A stretch of DNA of 64,000 nt from an uncultured delta proteobacterium (GTDB taxonomy: Bacteria > Desulfobacterota > Binatia > UBA9968): assembly GCA_963728565.1 (NCBI GenBank), contig CAVSLC010000021.1, forward strand, positions 1 to 64,000, read 5' to 3'. A model generated the notes under the pieces. The model was given only the letters and a program-made list of their open reading frames with translations. It did not search any database and was not told the origin of the DNA. A program made the translations under genes and the position numbers. Each line of letters begins with the position of its first letter. The first letter of the stretch is position 1. Positions 1-9,716 of the stretch are shown piece by piece.

Positions 1-146
1 GCGACGCAGATTCTGCCCATTGTTGCATAGAACTGTCCAATACTTTCTTCGAATACCAGCCATTGACTTTCCTTATGGCGATTCGTAATAACAATTAGAT
101 TGTTCGTGTTGACCTTGCACCGCGATTTTCAGGGAAGTGAAGGCTC

Positions 147-1097
147 ATGACGCTCCATCAGCTGAAAATTTTTCAATCTGTTGGAACACTTCTGAACATC
201 ACGAAGGCTTCTGAAATTCTGCACATAAGTCAGCCATCGGTTTCCCAACAGCTCAAACTTTTGGAAGAAGAATTTGGCACCAAGTTCTTCGCGAGACTCA
301 GTCAAGGGGTGGAGCTGACGTACGAGGGAAAACAGTTTCTTGACGCAGTGAGTCCTATTCTCGCGCAAGCTGAACTCGTCGAAAAGACGTTCAAAAGAAA
401 CCCGAATCGAGCGGTGCTTTTAAAGATCGGCGGAAGTCATAACGTCTCATTTGATGTTCTTCCAGAACTCCTCATGACTTTTAAGCAGAGCCACCCTTTA
501 GTTCAGTTCATCCTCGAAACAAACGATAGCTCAGTGATCGAAAGGCGGGTCCTCAACTCGGAAGTGGAGATTGCTCTAATTACCAATCCTTCGTACCGCT
601 CTGAAATCGTGTATGAGCCTTATGAGGAGATGCAGGTCGTGGCGTTTTGCCTGCCGACAAATCCCGTCGCCGGGAAAACCCTCAGCTTGAAAGAACTGTC
701 ACAGTTACCACTTGTGGTTAGAACTGGCGGTAGAATAGAACACGCGCTCAGGAGCCACAGGCAGACGGTTAATATTGCAGTCCGCTGCGAAGCATCGGCG
801 GCGGTGAAGGCTGCAGTAGGGCTCGGAATGGGTGTGGGAATTTTGTATCGCGACGCGGTTGCCAGCCGCGTGGCCAGGGGCACTTTAAAGGTGATCGATG
901 TGCCTGAATTGAAAGAAATGGGGGTTCAATCGTTTATCATTTTTGACAAGCGGAAGCCGCTACCACCGTTCGCCGCGGAGTTCTTGGAGATGCTCCGGAA
1001 ACGCGACTCGGTATTTCGGAATGATAACAAAAGAGTCCGAAGCGCTGCTTTGTCACTAGCGGAGAAAAAAGCCCACTCGACAAAGATGAGCTGGTAA
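147..1097 (+). CDS. LysR-family transcriptional regulator (CysL/CmpR-like)
   Basis: N-terminal HTH MTLHQLKIFQSVGTLLNITKASEILHISQPSVSQQLKLLEEEFG followed by a LysR substrate-binding domain; 316 aa. Confidence 0.93.
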   Translation: MTLHQLKIFQSVGTLLNITKASEILHISQPSVSQQLKLLEEEFGTKFFARLSQGVELTYEGKQFLDAVSPILAQAELVEKTFKRNPNRAVLLKIGGSHNVSFDVLPELLMTFKQSHPLVQFILETNDSSVIERRVLNSEVEIALITNPSYRSEIVYEPYEEMQVVAFCLPTNPVAGKTLSLKELSQLPLVVRTGGRIEHALRSHRQTVNIAVRCEASAAVKAAVGLGMGVGILYRDAVASRVARGTLKVIDVPELKEMGVQSFIIFDKRKPLPPFAAEFLEMLRKRDSVFRNDNKRVRSAALSLAEKKAHSTKMSW

Positions 1098-1159
1098 ATC
1101 CTGCATCGACCCACTCAGCGAAGATCCTGTAAAAATGACAAGTAATATTTCTGGCTTGA

Positions 1160-1738
1160 TTGCGCGCGCTCGCCATTCTGGTGGGCGCTCTTGGGCTTGG
1201 CTGGTCAGAAAGTCGAGACGCTGTGCTTCATGCCGACGATAACGACTGGGACTCAGCGCACGTCGCTCCGTTCGTGCCCACGCCGCCGGAGGTGGTGAGT
1301 CGAATGCTGGAGCTAGCGGAGATCAAACAAGGCGATGTGCTTTATGATCTTGGATCCGGCGATGGAAGAATCGTTGTGGCTGCGGCGAAAAAGTTTGGGA
1401 TAAGAGCGGTTGGCTTCGAGATCGATCCGGGCTTGGTGAAAGATTCGCGGCAGTTCGTCAAACAAGCCGGTCTGGAAGAATTGGTCGAAATTCGCGAGCA
1501 GGACATCCGAACTGTCGATTTTGCACCCGCGAGCGTGGTTACCATGTACCTCTATCCTGCAGTAAACCTGCGTCTCAGGCCGGTGCTGATGCGCGAGTTG
1601 AAGCCCGGTTCCAGGGTGATATCCCACGATTTCGACATGGGCAGTTGGAAGCCTGATCACGTGGAGCGTCTGCGAGATACAGCCGGGCTCTCCCGAACGA
1701 TCTACCGGTGGCGCATCGCCGAGCCTTCGGGGCGCTGA
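1160..1738 (+). CDS. Class I SAM-dependent methyltransferase, aKMT/FAM173-like, with N-terminal signal-like peptide
   Basis: PFVPTPPEVV, motif I LYDLGSGDGRI, GFEID, VVTMYL, RVISHDF; hydrophobic N-terminus; TTG start. Confidence 0.85.
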   Translation: MRALAILVGALGLGWSESRDAVLHADDNDWDSAHVAPFVPTPPEVVSRMLELAEIKQGDVLYDLGSGDGRIVVAAAKKFGIRAVGFEIDPGLVKDSRQFVKQAGLEELVEIREQDIRTVDFAPASVVTMYLYPAVNLRLRPVLMRELKPGSRVISHDFDMGSWKPDHVERLRDTAGLSRTIYRWRIAEPSGR

Positions 1739-1969
1739 GCCCGTTCTGGCTGTAGGGACGGCTATCGATAGAAGGAATTCTAGATCACGCTGCTGTACGC
1801 GGCTGGCATAGTCGATTGGGATCCCGGCATTGGGGCGTTCGCGCTTTCTTAGCCGAACCGAATTCTGGCACTTGTTATCTGATTCGTGCGCTGAGATCCA
1901 AACTACTCCCATGTTCGGATGTCGCTTTCATCTCCGAACAATTGATCGCGGCTTTTTATAGACCTCGAG

Positions 1970-1999
1970 TTGACACTATCGAATGGTATCGGCTACTCT
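1970..1999 (+). promoter_or_regulatory. Putative sigma70 promoter for thrC-metB
   Basis: TTGACA (1970-1975), 18-nt spacer, TACTCT (1994-1999), about 140 nt upstream of thrC. Confidence 0.45.
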
Positions 2000-2138
2000 T
2001 TAGACTCTCATAAAGCCGACGGTTGTCTCACTAGTAACTGCTTGATTCTCTCGAACATGAGTTGGCTGGCATAACTGTGCTTACGATCCGGAATCGATCG
2101 TTCCGATTGCCGCTCGAGCGGGGAAAGCTCTTTTTATC

Positions 2139-3494
2139 ATGAGTTACAATGCGTGGTTTCAATGCATCAATGGCTGTCCGGGCCAGTTTAGTCTGCTCGA
2201 GATCATGTATCGCTGTCCCTCGTGCGGCGACTTGTTGGAAGTGCGTCACGATATGGACGCCCTAAAGACCAGAGCGGCGGCGGCATGGATCAAGCTGTTT
2301 GATGATCGTTACCGCCAAAATCTGTATCCTTACGGCTCCGGTGTTTGGGCAAAAAAAGAATGGGTCGTACCATTCATCGACAACGAGAACATCGTCTCGA
2401 CCTTCGAGGGCAACACCAACCTGTTTTGGGCGGAGCGTTACGGCAAGCAGCTGCACCTGGAAGACCTCTGGGTCAAGCAATGCGGCAACTCGCATACCGG
2501 TTCTTTTAAAGACCTCGGCATGACCGTTCTGGTTTCAGTGGTAAAGCAGATGATGGCCGACGGAATGCCGATTGACGCAGTTGCCTGCGCTTCGACCGGC
2601 GATACTTCCGCGGCCTTGGCGGCCTACGGCGCGGCGGCGGGCATTCCCACAGTGGTTTTCCTGCCGCGTAACAAGGTTTCCCCCGCGCAACTGGTTCAAC
2701 CGCTGGCCAACGGCGCGTTGGTGCTTTCGTTGGACACCGATTTCGATGGCTGCATGGCTGCCGTCCAGCAGGTGACAAAGCATAAACACATCTACCTGGC
2801 TAACTCGATGAACAGCCTGCGGATCGAAGGGCAAAAGACCATTGCTATTGAAATCGTACAGCAGTGCGACTGGGAAGTGCCCGATTGGGTGGTACTGCCG
2901 GGCGGGAACCTAGGCAACGTCAGCGCGCTCGGCAAAGGATTTTTAATGATGCACGAGCTCGGCCTGATCTCTAAGCTGCCGCGCATTTGTGTCGCGCAGG
3001 CGGAGAATGCCAATCCTTTTTACCGCGCCTTCTTGACCAATTTCGAGCGCTTCGAGCCGATCACAGCCAAAGAGACCCTTGCCAGCGCCATTCAGATCGG
3101 TAATCCCGTCAGTATTCGCAAGGCGATTGCGACCCTGCAACGTTTCGAGGGCGTGGTCGAACAGGCTTCCGAGTCGGAGCTTGCCGAAGAAACCGCGCGC
3201 GCCGACCGCACCGGAATGTTCAACTGTCCGCACACCGGCGTTGCCTTGGCGGCGCTGCGCAAGCTTGTTGAACGCAAAGTGATCCGCTCGCACGAACGGG
3301 TGGTGGTCATTTCGACCGCTAACGGCCTTAAGTTCGCCGACCAAAAAATTGCTTATCATGCGGGCACTCTCGCCGGAGTCAAACCAGGACATCAGAATCG
3401 GCCGGTGGAGTTGAGTGCCGATCCCAAGCAGATTGCCGCCGCGATATCGCACTATGTCGAGCGCATGCGGCTCCTCGATAGCGTTAATGGCTGA
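2139..3494 (+). CDS. thrC: Threonine synthase, plant-like subtype (PLP fold II)
   Basis: [30 protein letters not shown] (PLP Lys), [26 protein letters not shown]; N-terminal Cys pairs CINGC/CPSC. Confidence 0.93.
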   Translation: MSYNAWFQCINGCPGQFSLLEIMYRCPSCGDLLEVRHDMDALKTRAAAAWIKLFDDRYRQNLYPYGSGVWAKKEWVVPFIDNENIVSTFEGNTNLFWAERYGKQLHLEDLWVKQCGNSHTGSFKDLGMTVLVSVVKQMMADGMPIDAVACASTGDTSAALAAYGAAAGIPTVVFLPRNKVSPAQLVQPLANGALVLSLDTDFDGCMAAVQQVTKHKHIYLANSMNSLRIEGQKTIAIEIVQQCDWEVPDWVVLPGGNLGNVSALGKGFLMMHELGLISKLPRICVAQAENANPFYRAFLTNFERFEPITAKETLASAIQIGNPVSIRKAIATLQRFEGVVEQASESELAEETARADRTGMFNCPHTGVALAALRKLVERKVIRSHERVVVISTANGLKFADQKIAYHAGTLAGVKPGHQNRPVELSADPKQIAAAISHYVERMRLLDSVNG

Positions 3495-4752
3495 TCGCGG
3501 ATCTAAGGACAGCGACAAAGCTGGTACCTTGCCGCTGCAAACGCAGACGGGGGTGCAGCCGGAGTCGAAACCTGGCGCAGCACCCCAAGGCATCGGCACT
3601 ATCGCCGTCCATGGCGGTGAGGCGAGGCCGAAGCTCGGCAATGCGCTGGCGACACCGATCGTGCAGACGGCCACGTACACCTTTGCAAATACCGATGAGC
3701 TTCGCGACCATTTTGAACGACGTATCGAGCGCCAGGAGTACGGCCGTTATGGCAACCCAACCCAACGTATCGCCGAGCAGAAGCTGGCGCAGCTCGAAGG
3801 GGCCGAGGATTGCTTGCTGTTTGCCAGCGGTATGGCCGCAATTACAACCACACTGTTTGCCGTTCTCTCGCACGGATCGCATGTGGTTGTCACAGACGAC
3901 TCTTATCGCCGGACTCGTCAGTTTCTCACCCAGGTGCTGCACCGTTATGGCATCGAAGTCTCGGTGGCTCGAGCCGGCGACTATGAGGCTATAGAAGGAG
4001 CGATCCGTCCGACCACGCGCGTGCTCGTAAGCGAATCGCCGACTAATCCGTACAACTACATTGTCGATCTCGAGCGCTTCGGTGAAATCGGCCGTCGTCA
4101 TCGGATCAAGACGATCATCGATGCGACGTTTGCCACGCCGTTTAACCAGCGGCCGCTCGAGTTCGGCATTGATCTGGTTTTGCATTCCGCGACCAAATAC
4201 TTGGGCGGCCATAACGATCTCCTCGCCGGCGCGGTGCTTGGATCTGCGGATCTGATTGACGGGATTCGCGGCTTGCAGGCGGTGACCGGAGCCATCGCAG
4301 ATCCATTTACCGCATACCTGCTTATTCGGGGGCTAAAAACATTTGCTCTGCGGATCGCGCAGCAGAATGCGACGGCGCAAGCTCTCGCCGAATTTCTCCA
4401 GTCGCACCCGCGGATTACTGCCGTTTATTATGCCGGCCTCCCGACGCACCCGCAGCACAACGTCGCGCGCCGCCAGATGCGCGGCTTCGGCGGCGTTGTC
4501 TCGTTTGAGGTTGCCGGCGACCTCGATGCGACGTCGCGCGTCGTCGATGCGTGCCGGATCCCGCAGATCGCGCCCTCGTTGGGCGGTGTGGAAAGTCTGA
4601 TCGAGCAGCCTGCGTTGATGAGCTTCTACGAGCTTACGACGGAAGAGCGCCTGCTCGTCGGCATCAAAGATAATCTGATCCGCTATTCGGTTGGCATCGA
4701 AGATACCGATGATCTTATCGCCGATTTGACCGCGGCCCTCGAATGCCCATGA
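3487..4752 (+). CDS. metB: Cystathionine gamma-synthase, plant-like (Cys/Met metabolism PLP enzyme)
   Basis: [57 protein letters not shown]; ATG at 3487 overlaps the thrC stop. Confidence 0.85.
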   Translation: MADRGSKDSDKAGTLPLQTQTGVQPESKPGAAPQGIGTIAVHGGEARPKLGNALATPIVQTATYTFANTDELRDHFERRIERQEYGRYGNPTQRIAEQKLAQLEGAEDCLLFASGMAAITTTLFAVLSHGSHVVVTDDSYRRTRQFLTQVLHRYGIEVSVARAGDYEAIEGAIRPTTRVLVSESPTNPYNYIVDLERFGEIGRRHRIKTIIDATFATPFNQRPLEFGIDLVLHSATKYLGGHNDLLAGAVLGSADLIDGIRGLQAVTGAIADPFTAYLLIRGLKTFALRIAQQNATAQALAEFLQSHPRITAVYYAGLPTHPQHNVARRQMRGFGGVVSFEVAGDLDATSRVVDACRIPQIAPSLGGVESLIEQPALMSFYELTTEERLLVGIKDNLIRYSVGIEDTDDLIADLTAALECP

Positions 4753-4809
4753 ATCAGATCCGCTGATTCCAATCGTCTTGATCGGCTCTCAACTCATGCT
4801 CGGGGAGGG

Positions 4810-5031
4810 GTGATGGCGATATTCGATTCTTTGGTAAATGCCCTAAGGACGCTTGCGGTTGGTGATCGGGTAAGGATTACGATTCGGCCGGAAACCGGAG
4901 TCTTCCCAAATCCAGTGGACGGAGAGATCACCGCCAAGGATGACAGCGGCAATCTTTCTTTGAAGTCGCAGCGGGGAGTGATTCAGGTGAGTGCTGGCGA
5001 CGTTCTATCGATTACTAAACTAAGATTGTGA
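4810..5031 (+). CDS. Small hypothetical protein, possible Sm/SH3-like beta-barrel
   Basis: Strong purine-rich SD (GGGGAGGGG) at the start; helix followed by GDRVRITI...DGEITAKD...NLSL...VIQV...VLSI strands. Confidence 0.6.
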   Translation: MMAIFDSLVNALRTLAVGDRVRITIRPETGVFPNPVDGEITAKDDSGNLSLKSQRGVIQVSAGDVLSITKLRL

Positions 5032-5170
5032 TCGCCGATCCTAAAGCGATCGATTTGCTCTACTTCACCATCGACCTGTTTGCAGCATCGGGCCTGCGAT
5101 CCCGCGTCCCGATTACAGCATTCGCCTATCGAAGAAAAAGATCTGCGGGTGATAGACTGAGCGAAAGTCT

Positions 5171-5884
5171 ATGAACTTCCGTTGGCTCCTTTTCCGGATA
5201 CCGATGCGCTCGATGTTGGAGGCGCGAACCTTGATTGCGCTGTTCCTAATCGTTGGCGCGATGCTCCTTTTCGCTGAATTCGTCGATCGCGTCGTTAAAG
5301 GCGATACCCGCGCCTTTGACGAGAGAGTCTTACTGGCTTTCCGTGATCCGAACAACCCTTCTTACCCTATGGGTCCGGCATGGCTCCAAATCATGTTTCG
5401 CGACATCACCACACTCGGCGGCTATGCGGTGGTGATGCTGATATCCTTCGCTGTGATCGGGTATCTGGTCATGGACGGTAAACGTGGCGCTGCAGTTTGG
5501 GTGCTGGCCTCGGTTGGCGGAGGTGCCGTGCTTAGCAATGTGCTTAAGCTCGCTATAGAGCGGTCGCGGCCTGATCTGGTTGCTCGCTTGGTCGAGGTGA
5601 ATACCCCAAGTTTCCCAAGCGGCCACGCCACACTTGCGGCCGTGACTTATCTCACGTTGGGAGCGCTGCTCTCCCGAGTGGAGGCGCGTCGCCGTGCCAA
5701 AATCTTCGTCCTTACCGTGGCAGTGGTCCTGACGCTCCTGATCGGCGTAAGCCGCATTTACCTTGGCGTTCACTGGCCAACAGATGTACTGGCTGGCTGG
5801 TGCGTTGGTGTCGCTTGGGCGATGTTATGCTGGCGTATAGCGCTTGCGTTGCAGCGAAGTGGGAGGATTGAGAGCGATGTCTAA
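5171..5884 (+). CDS. PAP2-family membrane phosphatase
   Basis: KLAIERSRP, SFPSGHA, SRIYLGVHWPTDV motifs; multiple TM helices. Confidence 0.92.
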   Translation: MNFRWLLFRIPMRSMLEARTLIALFLIVGAMLLFAEFVDRVVKGDTRAFDERVLLAFRDPNNPSYPMGPAWLQIMFRDITTLGGYAVVMLISFAVIGYLVMDGKRGAAVWVLASVGGGAVLSNVLKLAIERSRPDLVARLVEVNTPSFPSGHATLAAVTYLTLGALLSRVEARRRAKIFVLTVAVVLTLLIGVSRIYLGVHWPTDVLAGWCVGVAWAMLCWRIALALQRSGRIESDV

Positions 5885-5945
5885 CGAAAAACCCCCACTC
5901 AGCTAACCAGAGTCGGACTGGGCGACGAGATAATATTTAGCGATT

Positions 5946-6506
5946 TTACCCGGGTGGGATTTTGTCAACTAGCTTGCCATTACTATAAAGCTCATAGCCT
6001 TTGAGGCTCAATTCGTATCCACGCGGCGGATGGTCGGAGAAGTCAATGACGGTTAGATCGAGCACCAGGACAGTTTCTCCGCGCGCTGCAATATCAAACG
6101 ACAGCTTGACCGGCCCGATGGTATTTTTCACGGGTGCGCTACGTTGGTTTTTCTTGAGGAGACCGTCCACCGATTTGATTTTCACATGGAATGCATCAAA
6201 TGCTCCGGCGTCGATGTCCGCTCGGAATATCTTGGCGCTTTCTTTGCCGACATATTTGGTCAGATCGAGAGAGGATTGAGAAGGACTAAATTCCTTCCAA
6301 CGGGTCTGCCAAAACCTTAGTCCCGGTTTGGGGCTGATGGCGACGCTGTCAATGGTGAGGAGCAACCGGGAAAAATCGTCGATGGCCTCGCGGTGATCCT
6401 TGATGCGGAGTTCGAATGCGCCTTGCTCCGGTTGACCAGCGACCCCGGGGGCGACCCAAAGCGCCAGCAGAAGAAGGGTATTAAGGAAGCGCGAGCATGT
6501 CGTCAT
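5946..6506 (-). CDS. Exported DUF4382-like protein
   Basis: Signal peptide (LLLLALWVAPGVAG); ELRIKDHREAIDDFSRLLLTIDSV and LDLTKY resemble DUF4382; ATGA overlap with upstream SCO stop. Confidence 0.6.
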   Translation of the reverse strand: MTTCSRFLNTLLLLALWVAPGVAGQPEQGAFELRIKDHREAIDDFSRLLLTIDSVAISPKPGLRFWQTRWKEFSPSQSSLDLTKYVGKESAKIFRADIDAGAFDAFHVKIKSVDGLLKKNQRSAPVKNTIGPVKLSFDIAARGETVLVLDLTVIDFSDHPPRGYELSLKGYELYSNGKLVDKIPPG

Positions 6507-7129
6507 TGCGGCCCAGCCTGACGTAGCCGCGCTAGATCCTTCAGGACTTCTTTCTCCAGCCATTTGTCACCGTAATAATCGACGCGGCGAATCCCTTTTC
6601 GATCGATGAGAGTGGTAAGGTTGGTGTGCTGAATTTGGCCGTTACCCAGATCTTTGACAGCCACGCCGAATTCTTTCCACACTTGGGCCAACGCCTCGCG
6701 AGTGCCGCTGAGAAAATGCCAGCGCTTAAAGTCCGCATGGAAAGCCTGTGCGTAGGCTTTCATCTTTGTCGGAGTGTCTCGCGCCGGATCGGTGGTGATG
6801 GTCAAAAGAAGGTAATCGTCACGATTGTCCTCCTCCAAGATTCGTTGCATGGATGCCAATTTTGCTGTGAACAGAGGACAAACATCAGGACACGTGGTGT
6901 AAACAAACGTGACCAAGACAAGTTTCCCGCTGGCAGGGGTGAAATTAAACGGCTTGTCGAATTGATCGATGAGGGCAAAGCTCGGCGCCGGTGTGCTCGA
7001 CTCCCTGCGGCCTATTTCGCCTTTTTTCGGTGGAATCGGAATGTGTGAAAAGACCAGTGTCGACGACAACAGGCCTACGCCGAAAAACACCGCGGCAATC
7101 CACAGGCTAATGCGCAACTTGAAAGTCAT
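6503..7129 (-). CDS. SCO1/SenC-family protein
   Basis: FVYTTCPDVCP (CxxxC), ITTDPARDT, QHTNLTTLID (conserved His); N-terminal anchor/signal. Confidence 0.92.
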   Translation of the reverse strand: MTFKLRISLWIAAVFFGVGLLSSTLVFSHIPIPPKKGEIGRRESSTPAPSFALIDQFDKPFNFTPASGKLVLVTFVYTTCPDVCPLFTAKLASMQRILEEDNRDDYLLLTITTDPARDTPTKMKAYAQAFHADFKRWHFLSGTREALAQVWKEFGVAVKDLGNGQIQHTNLTTLIDRKGIRRVDYYGDKWLEKEVLKDLARLRQAGPQ

Positions 7130-8012
7130 AGGTGACATTTAGCTCTTTTATTCCTTCGGGAAGGTCGCCGCGCACCATGTAAGTGGTCGAGAACTCCGAC
7201 TCCTCCCCGGGGCGTAGTTCGACCGGAAGCAGCAAGGCACAATCGATGATATCCAGATAGTCGCTGAGCTCGTCGGGCTCAATGCGATGAGTGATCCGAG
7301 TCGAGATCGTCTGCGCCGTTCGATTCTTGACTCGGTAGGCGATGGTGAAAGGTTCGCTCGGGCGGATTGTCGTGGCTTTATTGACGGGGACTGCTTCGAT
7401 GGATTGTGTCAAAGGCACTACCGCGTCATAACTCACCCTGATTCCGGCAGCCCAATCGAGATGAACCCGCCAGCTCGTGCCTTCCTTCACCAACGTAAAT
7501 TCTTCCTCGCCCTCAATTGTTTTAATTTCACCGGCGCGATTCATCTGATCGAGCGTGGCTAGAATGTCGCGCTGCATGGATGATGGCAAAGCATTCAGCC
7601 GCTCTTCGTCCCAATCCAGCAGGATGGCCGAAAAGCTATTCGCGTCGGGGTATTTAGCTTCAACTTTGACCCGCATTTGGCCGTTCTGTTCTCTTACGGT
7701 TTCCAGCGGGCGCAGTTCGATGAATTGCGCTAGCTTGCGTGTCACGGCAAGCGGAAAACCGCTGAAGGATCCTTTTTCGCGAACATATACGCGCTCGGCC
7801 TTGAGCTGCCGATCGCCCAGGGATATGTACCGATAGGCTTTCTTGAAATCGCGCGCGTAAGAATTCTTGACATAAGCCTCGACGGTGTTGAACGGCTCTG
7901 TCTGGACGTTGTGCTGCGGCGAGCTGCTCCTACTGTAGAGAAAAGCGGCCGGCAGAATCAGTATGAACGCCGCCGCCACACCTAAAAACCAACTTGTCGT
8001 TCGTGAGTTCAT
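7107..8012 (-). CDS. NTF2-like + Cox11/CtaG-like fusion protein (paralog A), single-Cys motif
   Basis: C-terminal IRVSYDA...IRPSEPFTIAYRVKN...THRIEP...DYLDIIDCALL...LRPGEESEF...DLPEGIKELNVTYDF follows the Cox11 pattern; N-terminal YVKNSYARDFKKAYRYIS. Confidence 0.7.
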   Translation of the reverse strand: MNSRTTSWFLGVAAAFILILPAAFLYSRSSSPQHNVQTEPFNTVEAYVKNSYARDFKKAYRYISLGDRQLKAERVYVREKGSFSGFPLAVTRKLAQFIELRPLETVREQNGQMRVKVEAKYPDANSFSAILLDWDEERLNALPSSMQRDILATLDQMNRAGEIKTIEGEEEFTLVKEGTSWRVHLDWAAGIRVSYDAVVPLTQSIEAVPVNKATTIRPSEPFTIAYRVKNRTAQTISTRITHRIEPDELSDYLDIIDCALLLPVELRPGEESEFSTTYMVRGDLPEGIKELNVTYDFQVAH

Positions 8013-8091
8013 CCGATATTTCTTGTTGTATCAAGGCCTACATTCGTCGATTCTGCGCTGAGAGTCCGCGGGTTCGTTATCGGGCAGTGAG

Positions 8092-8991
8092 CTAGTTACT
8101 GCTCAAAGTGACCGCATAGGTAACGTTTAGCTGGCGCACTCCCTCGGGAAGGTTTTTTCTGAGAAGATAAGTGCTGACGAATTCTTCTTCTTTTCCAGGC
8201 GCTAATCGCACTGGCAAAAGAAAACCACACTCGACAAGGTCGAGATAATCGCGAACTCCATAAGGATCGACTAAGTGGCCTATGCGAGCGAAAAGCTGCT
8301 CCTGACTGGTATTTTTAATGTTGAGCACGACTTTGAAGATTTCACCCGGTCGGGTTACCACAGCCGAATGCGCGAGACGCGCTTCGACTGGAACTGAACT
8401 CGGAATCGAGGTTTGAAAGCCGACGTTCACCGGCGATATCCAATTCAGAACAATCTTCCAGGCAGCGCCCTCTTTGGCTATTTCGAAAACATCCTCTCCT
8501 TGAATCATCTCGATCGCATGACTTCGACGCAACTTGTCAATACCGGCCAGCAGCGTTTTGCGCTCGCTGTCTGGTAACGCTTCCAGCTGGTCGATATCCC
8601 AATTGTGCAGCAGCGGACCTAGCTTTCCCGCGTCCGGCACTGCGAACTTAATTTTTATTGTCGCTTGTCCGTCGACGATCCGGGTCTCGACAGGCTTCAG
8701 CTCTATATAGCTCGCAAGTAGTCTGGCGATCTCTAGTGTGAATCCGGTAAACCCGCCCCGGTCTCTGACATAGCTGGCGCGATCTTTTAGGCGTTGGTCG
8801 GGAGTGGCGATGTGGGAGTAAGCTTCCTCATAGTCTCTGGCGTAGGTTGCCCGAACATAGCGGTCCAACGTGCGGACCGCGTCCTGTTGATCGGCAGCAA
8901 CGGCGGAGCGCATATCGGGGCTAGATAGCGCCAAGAGCGCGATTACAAACAAAGCCGAACAGGAGCTTCGAGTCGATAAATCTCTTTTCAT
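8092..8991 (-). CDS. NTF2-like + Cox11/CtaG-like fusion protein (paralog B)
   Basis: YVRATYARDYEEAYSHI; TRPGEIFKVVLNIKN...GHLVDP...DYLDLVECGFLLPVRLAPGKEEEF...LNVTY; signal peptide. Confidence 0.7.
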   Translation of the reverse strand: MKRDLSTRSSCSALFVIALLALSSPDMRSAVAADQQDAVRTLDRYVRATYARDYEEAYSHIATPDQRLKDRASYVRDRGGFTGFTLEIARLLASYIELKPVETRIVDGQATIKIKFAVPDAGKLGPLLHNWDIDQLEALPDSERKTLLAGIDKLRRSHAIEMIQGEDVFEIAKEGAAWKIVLNWISPVNVGFQTSIPSSVPVEARLAHSAVVTRPGEIFKVVLNIKNTSQEQLFARIGHLVDPYGVRDYLDLVECGFLLPVRLAPGKEEEFVSTYLLRKNLPEGVRQLNVTYAVTLSSN

Positions 8992-9047
8992 GCAACGCCA
9001 AATCCGAGGTAGCCGTACAACAAGTTGTCACCACAACTTGTGTTTGG

Positions 9048-9629
9048 TTAAGGCGCTTTGGCTGGAATCGTCCAAAGATAAATCGTCCGACCGTTGACTC
9101 GCTCGGTCTTATCGGGTTTCCAATCCCCCATATCGAACGCATGAGAGACCACCCGGGAACCAGGTTTAAGCTGTTTTAGGAGATTCGGTTTGAGCTTCAA
9201 ATTAACATCCGGCAAAAGGTACATCGTTACCACTGTGGCCGGCGAGAGATCTACAGTTAGGATGTCCTGTTGTTTAATCTCAGCCAATTTTTCCAAACCT
9301 GCTTTGCGAATGTTCTCCCGTGACTCTTTGACGAGGTCGCCGTCGACCTCGAATCCTACCGCCCGGGCGTCCTTCCTGGCGGCGGTGATGACGATTCTGC
9401 CGTCACCGGACCCAAGATCGTAGACCACGTCGCCTTTCTTTACTCCGCCAAGCTCAATCATCTTGTCGACGACTTCTTGTGGCGTGGGCACAAACGGTAC
9501 GATTTTCTTAGATTCAAGATCCTGGGCCTGGGCAGTGCCAGCGAAGATTTCGAAACGTCCATACTGAAACGATGAGAGGGCAAACACAACCAGAATTGCA
9601 GCCAGTGAAAGACGATGTTGCGGTTTCAT
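9048..9629 (-). CDS. Exported aKMT/FAM173-like SAM methyltransferase (paralog of 1160-1738)
   Basis: Signal peptide ending AQA; VPFVPTPQEVV, VYDLGSGDGRI, VVTMYLLPDVNLKLKP, RVVSHAF; SD GGAGG. Confidence 0.88.
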   Translation of the reverse strand: MKPQHRLSLAAILVVFALSSFQYGRFEIFAGTAQAQDLESKKIVPFVPTPQEVVDKMIELGGVKKGDVVYDLGSGDGRIVITAARKDARAVGFEVDGDLVKESRENIRKAGLEKLAEIKQQDILTVDLSPATVVTMYLLPDVNLKLKPNLLKQLKPGSRVVSHAFDMGDWKPDKTERVNGRTIYLWTIPAKAP

Positions 9630-9716
9630 TTTCTAGCCTCCCTTTTTGGCAATCAACGGTGTCCGAATCAATTAACCATAAAAAAAATCTAGTCGCCACT
9701 ATCTAGCTAATGCAGA

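Noticed and set aside
1-28. Possible start of a gene divergent from the LysR (MQQWAESAS)
   Set aside because: Only nine codons lie inside the window; cannot be supported
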